Below are positions 10,746 to 17,835 of a DNA stretch of 26,015 nt, one piece after another (the first letter of the stretch is position 1; each line of letters begins with the position of its first letter). Under the pieces are notes generated by a model. The model had not been told where the DNA came from, ran no database searches, and saw only the letters and a program-made list of their open reading frames with translations. This DNA comes from Breznakia blatticola (GTDB lineage Bacteria; Bacillota_I; Bacilli_A; Erysipelotrichales; Erysipelotrichaceae). The stretch lies in assembly GCF_004365815.1 (NCBI RefSeq), contig NZ_SODD01000036.1, positions 1-26,015 of the forward strand, written 5' to 3'. Position numbers and translations under genes: made by a program.

Positions 10746-12054
10746 TTTTATCTCCATCTTTTTCTAAAATACTACTATATATACGTTTGCTGACAACAAT
10801 CCCATTTGGATTTGCAAACTCTGCATTTAAATAATCATAATAACTTCCTGGCGTGATAATTCCATACAACTTAATCAAGTCAATGCCTGCAGCACCTAAT
10901 AAACGATCTACAAAGCGCACACAGTTATCACCAACAACAAAGAATGTACGAAAGCGACCATCACGAACTTTGAAGAAATTTGTAGGAACATGGAAACTTA
11001 AGCGTGAAGCATAAAAATCATTTACCCCAACATAAAATGGTGGAATCCATTTGATTGTATTTTCCATGACACAATCAACCAGTTCACTCATCGCTTGTAG
11101 TTGCATTTCACTTAACTTTAAACCAAAGCCAACAAGTGTTTTGGCACTATCTTCAATAACAAAAGGAATGTATTCTTTTTTATTTGCTGTAAAGAGTACA
11201 CCATCACCAATAAGTTCAAACATACGCCAACTACTTGGATCATAGTTGCCATATGATAATACCATATTTTTGTAGGCAATATCTACATGGCCAACACGTC
11301 CAAAACCTTTTTCGCTCATATGCACGAGTACTTCGACATCAACATCTTCATCACTTTTACGTTGTTCAAAACTCAGTTTGGATGGTTGATCGACTTGCGT
11401 TGGTTGCAAAAGTTTATTGATTTGTCCAAGCACGTAACTTGGAATCATAAACTCTACAAACGTTGGTAAAGTAATTCGTATTTTACGCTTTAGATCATTC
11501 TTACGTTGAATAGATAAGGCTAGGCGCACTCCCGAATGAAACATTCCAAACCCGTATAAAATAAAGAAGACCGCAATTACATTCACTACAACACTTACAT
11601 ACATAGCAGGTGAAAACAATAAGAAGACCCCAAAGATAAAATAAACAGTTCCTACTGCAAGTTCTTTATATTGATCACGTACATGATTCTTACTTTTTAT
11701 ATATGCATTCACAAAGTGAATTGCTGCATTTAGTAATGCATAAAAAGCACATACAATTCCAAAAATCGATATTGGCATATCTGGGAATATGATAATTAAT
11801 ATTCCAATTGCAAAGTCTATACAAATTCGCAAAAAAGAATCTACTTTTTCTAATCCACGAATCTTGTGTGAAATAAACGTAAATAGTTTACTTAATCCCA
11901 TCACTACAAATACAATCCCAAACACATAAAAAAAGGTGCTCAGTGTTAACATCGCAGCATTTAAAATAACGATTCCCAATATACATATGGCTAACCCGGT
12001 AATCATTTGTTGAATTGAGTTTATTGGTTTGGTTTTCATAGTTGTATTATACAT
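10735..12054 (-). CDS. Uncharacterised membrane protein: N-terminal ~6 TM helices (DUF308/HdeD-like appearance) plus a ~250-aa soluble domain with an LRAT/permuted NlpC-P60-like His ... NC(Cys) signature
   Basis: 439-aa ORF with six hydrophobic segments in aa 15-185. The C-terminal domain contains GRVGHVDIAY and, about 120 aa later, VVGDNCVRFVDRLL (compare the NCEHF motif of the LRAT/H-rev107 family). No SD precedes either candidate ATG (12054 or 12039). Confidence 0.75.
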   Translation of the reverse strand: MYNTTMKTKPINSIQQMITGLAICILGIVILNAAMLTLSTFFYVFGIVFVVMGLSKLFTFISHKIRGLEKVDSFLRICIDFAIGILIIIFPDMPISIFGIVCAFYALLNAAIHFVNAYIKSKNHVRDQYKELAVGTVYFIFGVFLLFSPAMYVSVVVNVIAVFFILYGFGMFHSGVRLALSIQRKNDLKRKIRITLPTFVEFMIPSYVLGQINKLLQPTQVDQPSKLSFEQRKSDEDVDVEVLVHMSEKGFGRVGHVDIAYKNMVLSYGNYDPSSWRMFELIGDGVLFTANKKEYIPFVIEDSAKTLVGFGLKLSEMQLQAMSELVDCVMENTIKWIPPFYVGVNDFYASRLSFHVPTNFFKVRDGRFRTFFVVGDNCVRFVDRLLGAAGIDLIKLYGIITPGSYYDYLNAEFANPNGIVVSKRIYSSILEKDGDKNEK

Positions 12055-12149
12055 GAGTTTCTAATAGAAACAAGTATGTGAAAATAAGCATACATCTAGA
12101 TTTTTTTAAGGTTTGTACTATAATGGAAATTGAAGGATGTGAAAAACTT

Positions 12150-12371
12150 ATGTTACCAGAAATTAACGAGTTTCTTGCAGAAATGGAAGAAGGAACTTTA
12201 GAAAGTTTAATGAGTCGTCATAGCGCTGAACGACTTACCCCAACAATGGATATTAATGAGATTGCGATCCAACTAAATCATGGGTCGATGTTGTTTACTT
12301 TGGACATGCTATGTTTGTATCACACGTGGATAACAAATAAGCTTGAACAAGAGCAAACAAACCAAAAGTAG
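12150..12371 (+). CDS. Small hypothetical protein (73 aa from ATG 12150; ORF open from 12078)
   Basis: The ORF ends in a terminator that overlaps its stop codon. The start is uncertain: GAAGGA sits 12 nt upstream of ATG 12150, and ATG 12124 overlaps a TATAAT box. No family recognised. Confidence 0.4.
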   Translation: MLPEINEFLAEMEEGTLESLMSRHSAERLTPTMDINEIAIQLNHGSMLFTLDMLCLYHTWITNKLEQEQTNQK

Positions 12372-12391
12372 GAGTTTCTCCTGCTTTTTTT
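12368..12391 (+). terminator. Intrinsic terminator after the small ORF
   Basis: GTAGGAG ttt CTCCTGC forms a 7-bp stem with one G-U pair, followed by T7 (12385-12391). Confidence 0.65.
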
Positions 12392-12392
12392 A

Positions 12393-12420
12393 TTTGCATA
12401 TCGAATATTTATGCTATAAT
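12393..12420 (+). promoter_or_regulatory. Promoter of the FMN riboswitch-ribU unit (extended -10)
   Basis: TTTGCA (12393-12398), a 16-nt spacer, then TGcTATAAT (12412-12420). Confidence 0.7.
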
Positions 12421-12427
12421 GATTTTG

Positions 12428-12597
12428 TAATCTTCAGGGCAAGGTGCGTTAGTTTACTAACAATTCCTGACCGGCGGTAAACCCCGCGAGCCGAAAGGCT
12501 GAACTGGTGTAATTCCAGTGGCGACAGTATAGTCTGGATGAAAGAAGAACATTCTTTTCATATGAAATATTGCCCTGTGTTACTCACAGGTTTTTTT
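12428..12597 (+). promoter_or_regulatory. FMN riboswitch (RFN element) with terminator expression platform
   Basis: The aptamer (12428-12549) reads ..UCUUCAGGGCAAGGUG..AUUCCUGACCGGCGGUAAACCCCGCGAGCC..GGCUGAACUGGUGUAAUUCCAGUGGCGACAGUAUAGUCUGGAUGAAAGAAGA. This matches the conserved RFN core. The terminator is CCTGTG ttact CACAGG plus T7 (12574-12597). Confidence 0.92.
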
Positions 12598-12617
12598 ATT
12601 GAAAAGGAGATTATGAA

Positions 12618-13205
12618 ATGAACAAAAAACTGGAGACGCTAATTAAAGTTAGTGTACTTGCAGCAATTGCTGCAGTTGTGATGTTATTTGAACTATCACT
12701 TGTCCCACTGGTGCCACCATTTTTCAAAATGGATTTCAGTGAGGTTATTGTCTTACTTGGGGGATTTGCCTTAGGACCTGGTCCTGCCATTATGATTGAA
12801 GCACTAAAAAACTTTATCAACTTTTTACTTGATGGAACAACAACAATGGGAATTGGTGAAGTTGCAAACTTTCTAATGGGATGTGCACTTGTGGTACCTG
12901 CTTCGTATATGTATCAAAAAAACAAGACAAAAAAACAAGCAATTATTGGTATGGTTGTTGGTATTATAAGTCTAAGCGTCGTTGCTATGATCCTTAACTA
13001 CTTTGTTTTATTACCAGCATATGCATATTTCTTCAAGATGCCAATTGAAGCATTCTTAAGTCAAGCAAGTATTCCGGTATCTAGTCTATTTACCTTTATG
13101 CTTGTTGCTGTATTACCATTCAACTTAATCAAAGGAACTGCAACATGTCTTGTCGTATTCCTAGTCTACAAAAAAGTAACACCGATTCTTAAAGGCAGCA
13201 AATAG
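12618..13205 (+). CDS. ribU: Riboflavin ECF transporter S component
   Basis: 195-aa multi-TM protein resembling B. subtilis YpaA/RibU (..KMDFSEV.., ..GEVANF.., ..ILNYFVLLPAY..). SD AAGGAG is present, and the gene lies directly downstream of an FMN riboswitch. Confidence 0.88.
   Translation: MNKKLETLIKVSVLAAIAAVVMLFELSLVPLVPPFFKMDFSEVIVLLGGFALGPGPAIMIEALKNFINFLLDGTTTMGIGEVANFLMGCALVVPASYMYQKNKTKKQAIIGMVVGIISLSVVAMILNYFVLLPAYAYFFKMPIEAFLSQASIPVSSLFTFMLVAVLPFNLIKGTATCLVVFLVYKKVTPILKGSK
13199..13205. repeat. Target-site duplication, left copy (CAAATAG; contains the ribU TAG stop)
   Basis: An identical 7-mer occurs at 14911-14917, immediately outside both inverted repeats. Confidence 0.85.
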
Positions 13206-13229
13206 CCAATGTCATTAAGTTAAGGATTG
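13206..13229. repeat. IS terminal inverted repeat (transposase-distal end)
   Basis: CCAATGTCATTAAGTTAAGGATTG is the exact reverse complement of 14887-14910. Confidence 0.95.
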
Positions 13230-13234
13230 CACTA

Positions 13235-13278
13235 AACGTATAACCAGTTGAATAAAAATGGTTATACGTTTTCTTTTT
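13235..13278 (+). terminator. Strong plus-strand terminator inside the IS end
   Basis: AACGTATAACCA (13235-13246) pairs perfectly with TGGTTATACGTT (13259-13270): a 12-bp stem with a 12-nt loop, followed by TTCTTTTT. No U-tract follows it on the minus strand. Confidence 0.75.
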
Positions 13279-13368
13279 CAGATATTCATAACGTTGTTGT
13301 GACTTTACCACGATGAAAATCGTCCAACTTAGTGAACTTTTCAAATTTTTGATTTATAATGAAGTCAG

Positions 13369-14688
13369 TTACGAGAAACGGTAGTTGATATTGATAAGAC
13401 TTTGAGCGCGGACTTTTCTAGTGAACTTGCGATTTGGTCTTATAGGAAGTAACTCTTTGGATATTATCGATTCGAGACTGGGTGGGATTCCACCTTTTCT
13501 TTTTGCCATATCTCTGATAATGTGGATAGCTCTTGTGATATTGATTGAGTAATTCCATTTCTTATTTGTTTTCTGAAGTTTAACTGACGCTTTATTAATG
13601 ATAATCATGGATAGATTGTAAAGTATGACTCTTGCCCAAATTTCTTGTTGGATACTGTTTCGCTTTATTGCGTGCAACACTTTTAAACCAGTCGCATACT
13701 TCAAATGGCGAAAAGACACCTCGATACCCCAACGCATCCCATATAATTCTTTGATTTCTTTCGATGAGAATTCTTCCCTTGATAGATTGGTAATAATTGT
13801 TTCATATTCTTCACCACCTTCTATTTTAAAACGAACGACACGATATTTAACTGGATGATAAGGTTTATCTTTACTAATAAAATCAAAAGTTGAAGAAGTT
13901 GAGAGGAAGCGATATTTGTCGGGATTGCTCCTTACTTCGCTTGTTTGTTTTATAGTAAGTATGGTTTCTATTTCTAAGTCAAACGCTTCATTGGGGAGTT
14001 TAAACTTCTTTAATAAGCCGTTCTCTGAATCAATATCCTTAGCTCTAATTAGAAAATGCTGTCCTGCATCTTTTAGATGCTCCATGACGTTCCAAGTTGC
14101 GTAGTTTCGGTCGGCAATAAATATTGCTTTCCCCTGTGTGTATCGACGAGCCATTGTGCATAGTGACTCTTGTTCAGCAGAATGTTGGAATCCATTTATT
14201 ACGATATCAACGTATCGATTGTTCAGTAAATCATAGGAAGAGTTAATATGATAAAGATTTGTACCTTTATTATTGGGACCATTACTTTTATACGTTTTGA
14301 TGTCCGTAGGAACATATGGAATAGCTAAGTCTGAACCATCTACCGCTACTAAATGATATCCTTTGTGTAAAGAAGTACATAGGAAAGATTCATTAATCAT
14401 TGTGAATAATGCAGAGAATGCTTTAGGTAGTATCTTCTCTCTTGCTTGAACGAAAGCACTTGCTGATACAATATCTGATGCATATTCATAATAATCATAT
14501 AATTCCTCTGTTAACGGCTTTGATGACATAAAAATCAAAGATTTAACTATGTCACTAAATCCAAGTTTTCTTTTTCTTGTGAAATCAATCCCGGCTTGTC
14601 TTACAAAGTCTTCATCATGAAGCCTCGACTCTAGTTCCTTAAGCTTTTGGTTAAAAATATGCATCACCTTGTTAGGATAGTTTGACAT
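13369..14688 (-). CDS. IS4-family DDE transposase
   Basis: 439-aa ORF. Candidate catalytic motifs are VAVDGSD, FIADRNY and YGMRWGIEVSFRHLK (Y-x2-R-x3-E-x6-K). Confidence 0.92.
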   Translation of the reverse strand: MSNYPNKVMHIFNQKLKELESRLHDEDFVRQAGIDFTRKRKLGFSDIVKSLIFMSSKPLTEELYDYYEYASDIVSASAFVQAREKILPKAFSALFTMINESFLCTSLHKGYHLVAVDGSDLAIPYVPTDIKTYKSNGPNNKGTNLYHINSSYDLLNNRYVDIVINGFQHSAEQESLCTMARRYTQGKAIFIADRNYATWNVMEHLKDAGQHFLIRAKDIDSENGLLKKFKLPNEAFDLEIETILTIKQTSEVRSNPDKYRFLSTSSTFDFISKDKPYHPVKYRVVRFKIEGGEEYETIITNLSREEFSSKEIKELYGMRWGIEVSFRHLKYATGLKVLHAIKRNSIQQEIWARVILYNLSMIIINKASVKLQKTNKKWNYSINITRAIHIIRDMAKRKGGIPPSLESIISKELLPIRPNRKFTRKVRAQSLININYRFS

Positions 14689-14758
14689 AACACAGTCTCC
14701 CTATTCTTTTCTTGTATACCTGCGATTGCAGTGATAATAAGTATCTTGTTGTCTTCAT
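14672..14758 (-). CDS. Possible 28-aa upstream ORF in the transposase leader (MKTTRYLLSLQSQVYKKRIGRLCYVKLS)
   Basis: A perfect SD, AGGAGG (14772-14767), lies 8 nt before ATG 14758. The ORF overlaps the transposase ATG (14688) in a different frame and stops 17 nt into the transposase gene. Confidence 0.35.
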   Translation of the reverse strand: MKTTRYLLSLQSQVYKKRIGRLCYVKLS

Positions 14759-14886
14759 TAGTAAGACCTCCTTCTACTTTTACTGCAAGCGCTGAGTGTA
14801 ACGAAGCGCCAGATTTTCGATTTTTTGTCAACACATTGAGCAAATAAAAAAGAAGGGTCAGATATTTCTAACTCTTCTATGTTTTA

Positions 14887-14910
14887 CAATCCTTAACTTA
14901 ATGACATTGG
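14887..14910. repeat. IS terminal inverted repeat (transposase-proximal end)
   Basis: CAATCCTTAACTTAATGACATTGG is the exact reverse complement of 13206-13229. Confidence 0.95.
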
Positions 14911-14917
14911 CAAATAG
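14911..14917. repeat. Target-site duplication, right copy (CAAATAG)
   Basis: Identical to 13199-13205. Confidence 0.85.
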
Positions 14918-14929
14918 CTGTCTTTTTTT
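14917..14929 (+). terminator. Displaced 3' half of the original ribU terminator (GCTGTC + T7)
   Basis: Removing the IS and one copy of the duplication restores GGCAGC AAATA GCTGTC TTTTTTT. That is a 6-bp stem (one G-U pair), a 5-nt loop and a U7 tract, overlapping the ribU stop codon. Confidence 0.7.
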
Positions 14930-14939
14930 ATGCTTAAAC

Positions 14940-14972
14940 TTTACATATGTTATATACTGTTATATACTGTTT
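14940..14972 (+). promoter_or_regulatory. Promoter of the gntR-ABC operon with a tandem 10-bp repeat (candidate operator)
   Basis: TTTACA (14940-14945), a 17-nt spacer, then TATACT (14963-14968). TGTTATATAC occurs twice in tandem (14949-14958 and 14959-14968) followed by TGTT. The repeats cover the spacer and the -10 box. Confidence 0.6.
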
Positions 14973-14986
14973 ACGAGGTGATACGT

Positions 14987-15367
14987 ATGAACATTATCAT
15001 TAATAATAAATCCATGCAACCCATCTACGAACAAATCGTAGAAAGTATCAAAAGCATGATTTTGAATAAACAATTACCTGAAGGAAGTTTTTTACCTTCG
15101 GTACGAGGACTTGCAAAAGACTTAAAAATCAGTGCACTTACCGTAAAAAAAGCATATGACTTTCTTGAAGAAGAGGGTTATATCGCTACAATTCACGGAA
15201 AAGGAAGTTATGTACTAACTATCAATCGCAATTTAGCATACGAAGAAGTAAAAAAAGAAGTGGAAATTCTTATGGAACAAGCACTTACTAAAGCAAGGGT
15301 GAATCAGCTTAGCAAAGAAGATGTCGCGATGCTATTTCAACTGGTTATGGAGGATACTTATGATTAA
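14987..15367 (+). CDS. GntR-family transcriptional regulator, YtrA-like short subfamily
   Basis: The preferred start is ATG 14987 (MNIIINNKSMQPIYEQI...), with SD GAGGTG at 14975-14980. It has an N-terminal GntR winged-HTH (..LPSVRGLAKDLKISALTVKKAY..). The length is about 126 aa and there is no large effector domain. Confidence 0.88.
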   Translation: MNIIINNKSMQPIYEQIVESIKSMILNKQLPEGSFLPSVRGLAKDLKISALTVKKAYDFLEEEGYIATIHGKGSYVLTINRNLAYEEVKKEVEILMEQALTKARVNQLSKEDVAMLFQLVMEDTYD

Positions 15368-16199
15368 ACTACATCATGTTAAAAAGACACTGGATGATTT
15401 CTCTGTAAATTATGATATGCACATCCAAACTGGTTATATTACAGGTATAGTTGGTGCAAATGGTGCAGGTAAAACAACATTAATGAAACTCATCATGAAT
15501 TTCATTTATCCAGATGAAGGAAGTGTATCTGTTTTTGGACACCAACCTTTGCAAACAGCAGATAAGGCAAACATCGGCTGCGTCTTTCAAAATTCATTTT
15601 ATGATCTAAGTATGTCTATCAAACATATCATTGAAATTCATAAAGCGATGTATACAAACTTTGATGAAGCGCAATTTCATGCATACTGCACAGCACATGA
15701 TGTAAATATCGAAAGTGGTTTATCTTTATTATCTAATGGGGCTTTGGCAAAACTAAAAATATTTCTAGCATTATCACATCATGCAAAGTTACTGATACTT
15801 GATGAACCAACGCTTGGATTGGATGTTGTTTCAAGAAATGAGATTCTTGATATTTTAAGAAATTATATGGATGATACACGTACGATTATTATCAGTTCAC
15901 ATATCGCATCTGATTTAGAAAATTTATGCGATGATCTCTATTTCATTAACCAAGGAACTATTCGTATGCACGAGACAATGGATACCATTCAAAATCAATA
16001 TGCATTAATCAAAGTGAGTGATGTAGCATATAAAAGGATGGATACCTCATGTATTCAGTCGATAAAGAAGGAATCCTATGGATATAGCTGCTTAACCAAT
16101 CAGAAACCATTCTATTTAGAAAACTACAAAGATGTCATTATTGAGAATGCATCTATTGATGATTTACTCGAATTTATAATCAAAGGAGAACCACTATGA
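15360..16199 (+). CDS. ABC transporter ATP-binding protein
   Basis: Walker A is GANGAGKTT, the signature is a degenerate LSNGA, and Walker B is LLILDEP. The start is ATG 15360, with SD GGAGGA at 15349-15354. It overlaps the gntR stop by 8 nt. Confidence 0.9.
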   Translation: MIKLHHVKKTLDDFSVNYDMHIQTGYITGIVGANGAGKTTLMKLIMNFIYPDEGSVSVFGHQPLQTADKANIGCVFQNSFYDLSMSIKHIIEIHKAMYTNFDEAQFHAYCTAHDVNIESGLSLLSNGALAKLKIFLALSHHAKLLILDEPTLGLDVVSRNEILDILRNYMDDTRTIIISSHIASDLENLCDDLYFINQGTIRMHETMDTIQNQYALIKVSDVAYKRMDTSCIQSIKKESYGYSCLTNQKPFYLENYKDVIIENASIDDLLEFIIKGEPL

Positions 16200-16834
16200 A
16201 AAACTTGTTTCTTAGAGAATGGTATACAAATCGAATCTCTTTTATAATGATTTTTATTGGAATGCCAATTATTTACTTAATTTCTTCAAAAAATGAATTT
16301 ACATTTTTATATTTCACCCTTTTCCCAATGAGTCAGATTTCAATTTATGGAGACTTGCGTAACCCTGATGGTATGTACCTTATGAGTTATCCAATTTCAC
16401 GTAAGGACTATCTAGATTATATTTTATGTAAAACACTTGGTATCATGCTATATGGATTTCTTACTATTGTAGTTTTTACTTTACTTCTTGATACACTCAA
16501 CATTGGACAATACGAAATCAAAAATATACTATTTTATTCATTGCTGTGTTTTTTCATATTTATACCTATCATACTTCTTCGATTCAAAATGAAAGTACGT
16601 TATAAAATGCATGGAGGTTATTATTTCTTTTTATTAGTTATCGAACTTATCACTTTATATTTTGGAATCATCTATCTCACAACCAATGTTTTCCATGTAA
16701 ACTATGAATTTATGAACGTATTATTTGATACAAGACAAGTGGAAATTATACTTGTTACGATTGTAGTATCCCTACTACTATCGTATCCGTTATATAAAAC
16801 ATTACTGAAATCATACAATCAAATCGAATTGTAG
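16196..16834 (+). CDS. Membrane protein, putative permease partner of the ABC ATPase
   Basis: 212-aa, very hydrophobic (about 6 TM). Its start overlaps the ATPase stop (ATGA). The gene order is that of a typical YtrA-type operon. Confidence 0.75.
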   Translation: MKNLFLREWYTNRISFIMIFIGMPIIYLISSKNEFTFLYFTLFPMSQISIYGDLRNPDGMYLMSYPISRKDYLDYILCKTLGIMLYGFLTIVVFTLLLDTLNIGQYEIKNILFYSLLCFFIFIPIILLRFKMKVRYKMHGGYYFFLLVIELITLYFGIIYLTTNVFHVNYEFMNVLFDTRQVEIILVTIVVSLLLSYPLYKTLLKSYNQIEL

Positions 16835-16847
16835 AAAGGATCAATTT

Positions 16848-17180
16848 ATGGCAATTACTGTTAATATTTATTATCATGGGACTAATGGAAATGCAAGAAA
16901 GTTTGCACAAGAAATGGTGGATAGAGGGATCGTGGATGCTATACGTGCAGAAAAAGGCAATATCACTTATGCGTATTTCTTTCCAATGGAAGATGAAGAA
17001 ACTGTCCTACTTATCGATTCTTGGACAGATCAAAAAGCACTTGATATACATCACGATTCACCTATGATGCAACAAATCATGGAACTTCGTGATGCATATG
17101 ATTTACATATGCAGGTTGAACGATATATTTCTGATACAAACGATATTCCTTCTAAGGATCAACAATTTATCAAAGTGTAA
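16848..17180 (+). CDS. ABM (antibiotic biosynthesis monooxygenase-like) domain protein
   Basis: 110-aa ORF with a ferredoxin-like ABM pattern (..ETVLLIDSWTDQKALDIHHDSPMMQ..). A weak SD, AAAGGA, is present. Confidence 0.65.
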   Translation: MAITVNIYYHGTNGNARKFAQEMVDRGIVDAIRAEKGNITYAYFFPMEDEETVLLIDSWTDQKALDIHHDSPMMQQIMELRDAYDLHMQVERYISDTNDIPSKDQQFIKV

Positions 17181-17213
17181 AAAAGGGGCGATGCTATGCA
17201 TCACTCCTTTTTT
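17181..17213. terminator. Shared convergent terminator
   Basis: AAAAGGGGCGATGC tat GCATCACTCCTTTT forms an imperfect stem, followed by T6 on the plus strand and an A-run on the other side. It overlaps the 3' end of the minus-strand gene. Confidence 0.55.
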
Positions 17214-17835
17214 CATCTCTTGCTTGTACATACGCGATAATCGTATCTGCAGCACCTTCGATTCCAACTTTACTTGTATTAACAACAAGATCATAATTAT
17301 TAATCTTTCCCCACACTTCATTGGTGAAGTAGTTAAAGTAGTTAGCCCTGCGCATATCCATATCATGTAATATTTTCTCAATATTCTCTGCATCATCTTT
17401 GTATACTTCAATTGCGCGTTTTTTCTTATCCGCAACCTCTGCGCGCACAAATACACGAACGACATCTGGATCTTGTTTTAAAATATTCCCTGAACAACGA
17501 CCTAGAATAATACAACTTTGTTTCGCTGCTTCAAGGATCACATCACGTTGATTGGTGTAGACTCTTTCATGCAAGGCAATTTCAGTTAGTACTCCACTTG
17601 CACCTAAAAACTTTGTCCCTCCTAGATGAAAATAGTAATCTGCATTTTCAACATTCTTTTCTACTTGATCATGAATGCTTTTGTTTTTTACACTCTCGTT
17701 ACTCATTTGAAATAAGAGTTCTTTATCATACACAGGAATTCCTAATTTCTTACCTAGTTCATTTGCTAGTAAAATTCCTCCACTACCATATTCACGTGAA
17801 ATTGTAATTAGTACTTTTTTTGCCATTATGTCCAC
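17194..17835 (-). CDS. Cytidylate kinase-like family P-loop protein
   Basis: The N-terminus ..ITISREYGSGG.. is typical of the cytidylate-kinase-like (AAA_28/PF13189-type) family. The start is either GTG 17835, directly after the upstream TAG, or ATG 17826. Confidence 0.75.
   Translation of the reverse strand: MDIMAKKVLITISREYGSGGILLANELGKKLGIPVYDKELLFQMSNESVKNKSIHDQVEKNVENADYYFHLGGTKFLGASGVLTEIALHERVYTNQRDVILEAAKQSCIILGRCSGNILKQDPDVVRVFVRAEVADKKKRAIEVYKDDAENIEKILHDMDMRRANYFNYFTNEVWGKINNYDLVVNTSKVGIEGAADTIIAYVQARDEKRSDA

Larger units (their letters stand above)
13206..14910 (-). mobile_element. IS4-family insertion sequence, 1705 bp, apparently intact
   Basis: It has perfect 24-bp terminal inverted repeats, a 7-bp direct target duplication, and a single DDE transposase ORF carrying the Y-2-R-3-E-6-K signature. 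Confidence 0.92.

Noticed and set aside
12078-12149. The upstream part of the 97-aa ORF (MKISIHLDFFKVCTIMEIEGCEKL...).
   Set aside because: It would start inside the divergent promoter region and overlap a TATAAT box (12118-12123), with no SD. Only the distal 73 codons are retained, and those at low confidence.
17089-17465. ORFs 17089-17370 (+) and 17103-17465 (-), plus other short ORFs overlapping the cytidylate-kinase-like, flavoprotein, prs, glmU, fba, ald and fhs genes.
   Set aside because: They are shadow ORFs inside better-supported genes, with no SD and no recognisable motifs.
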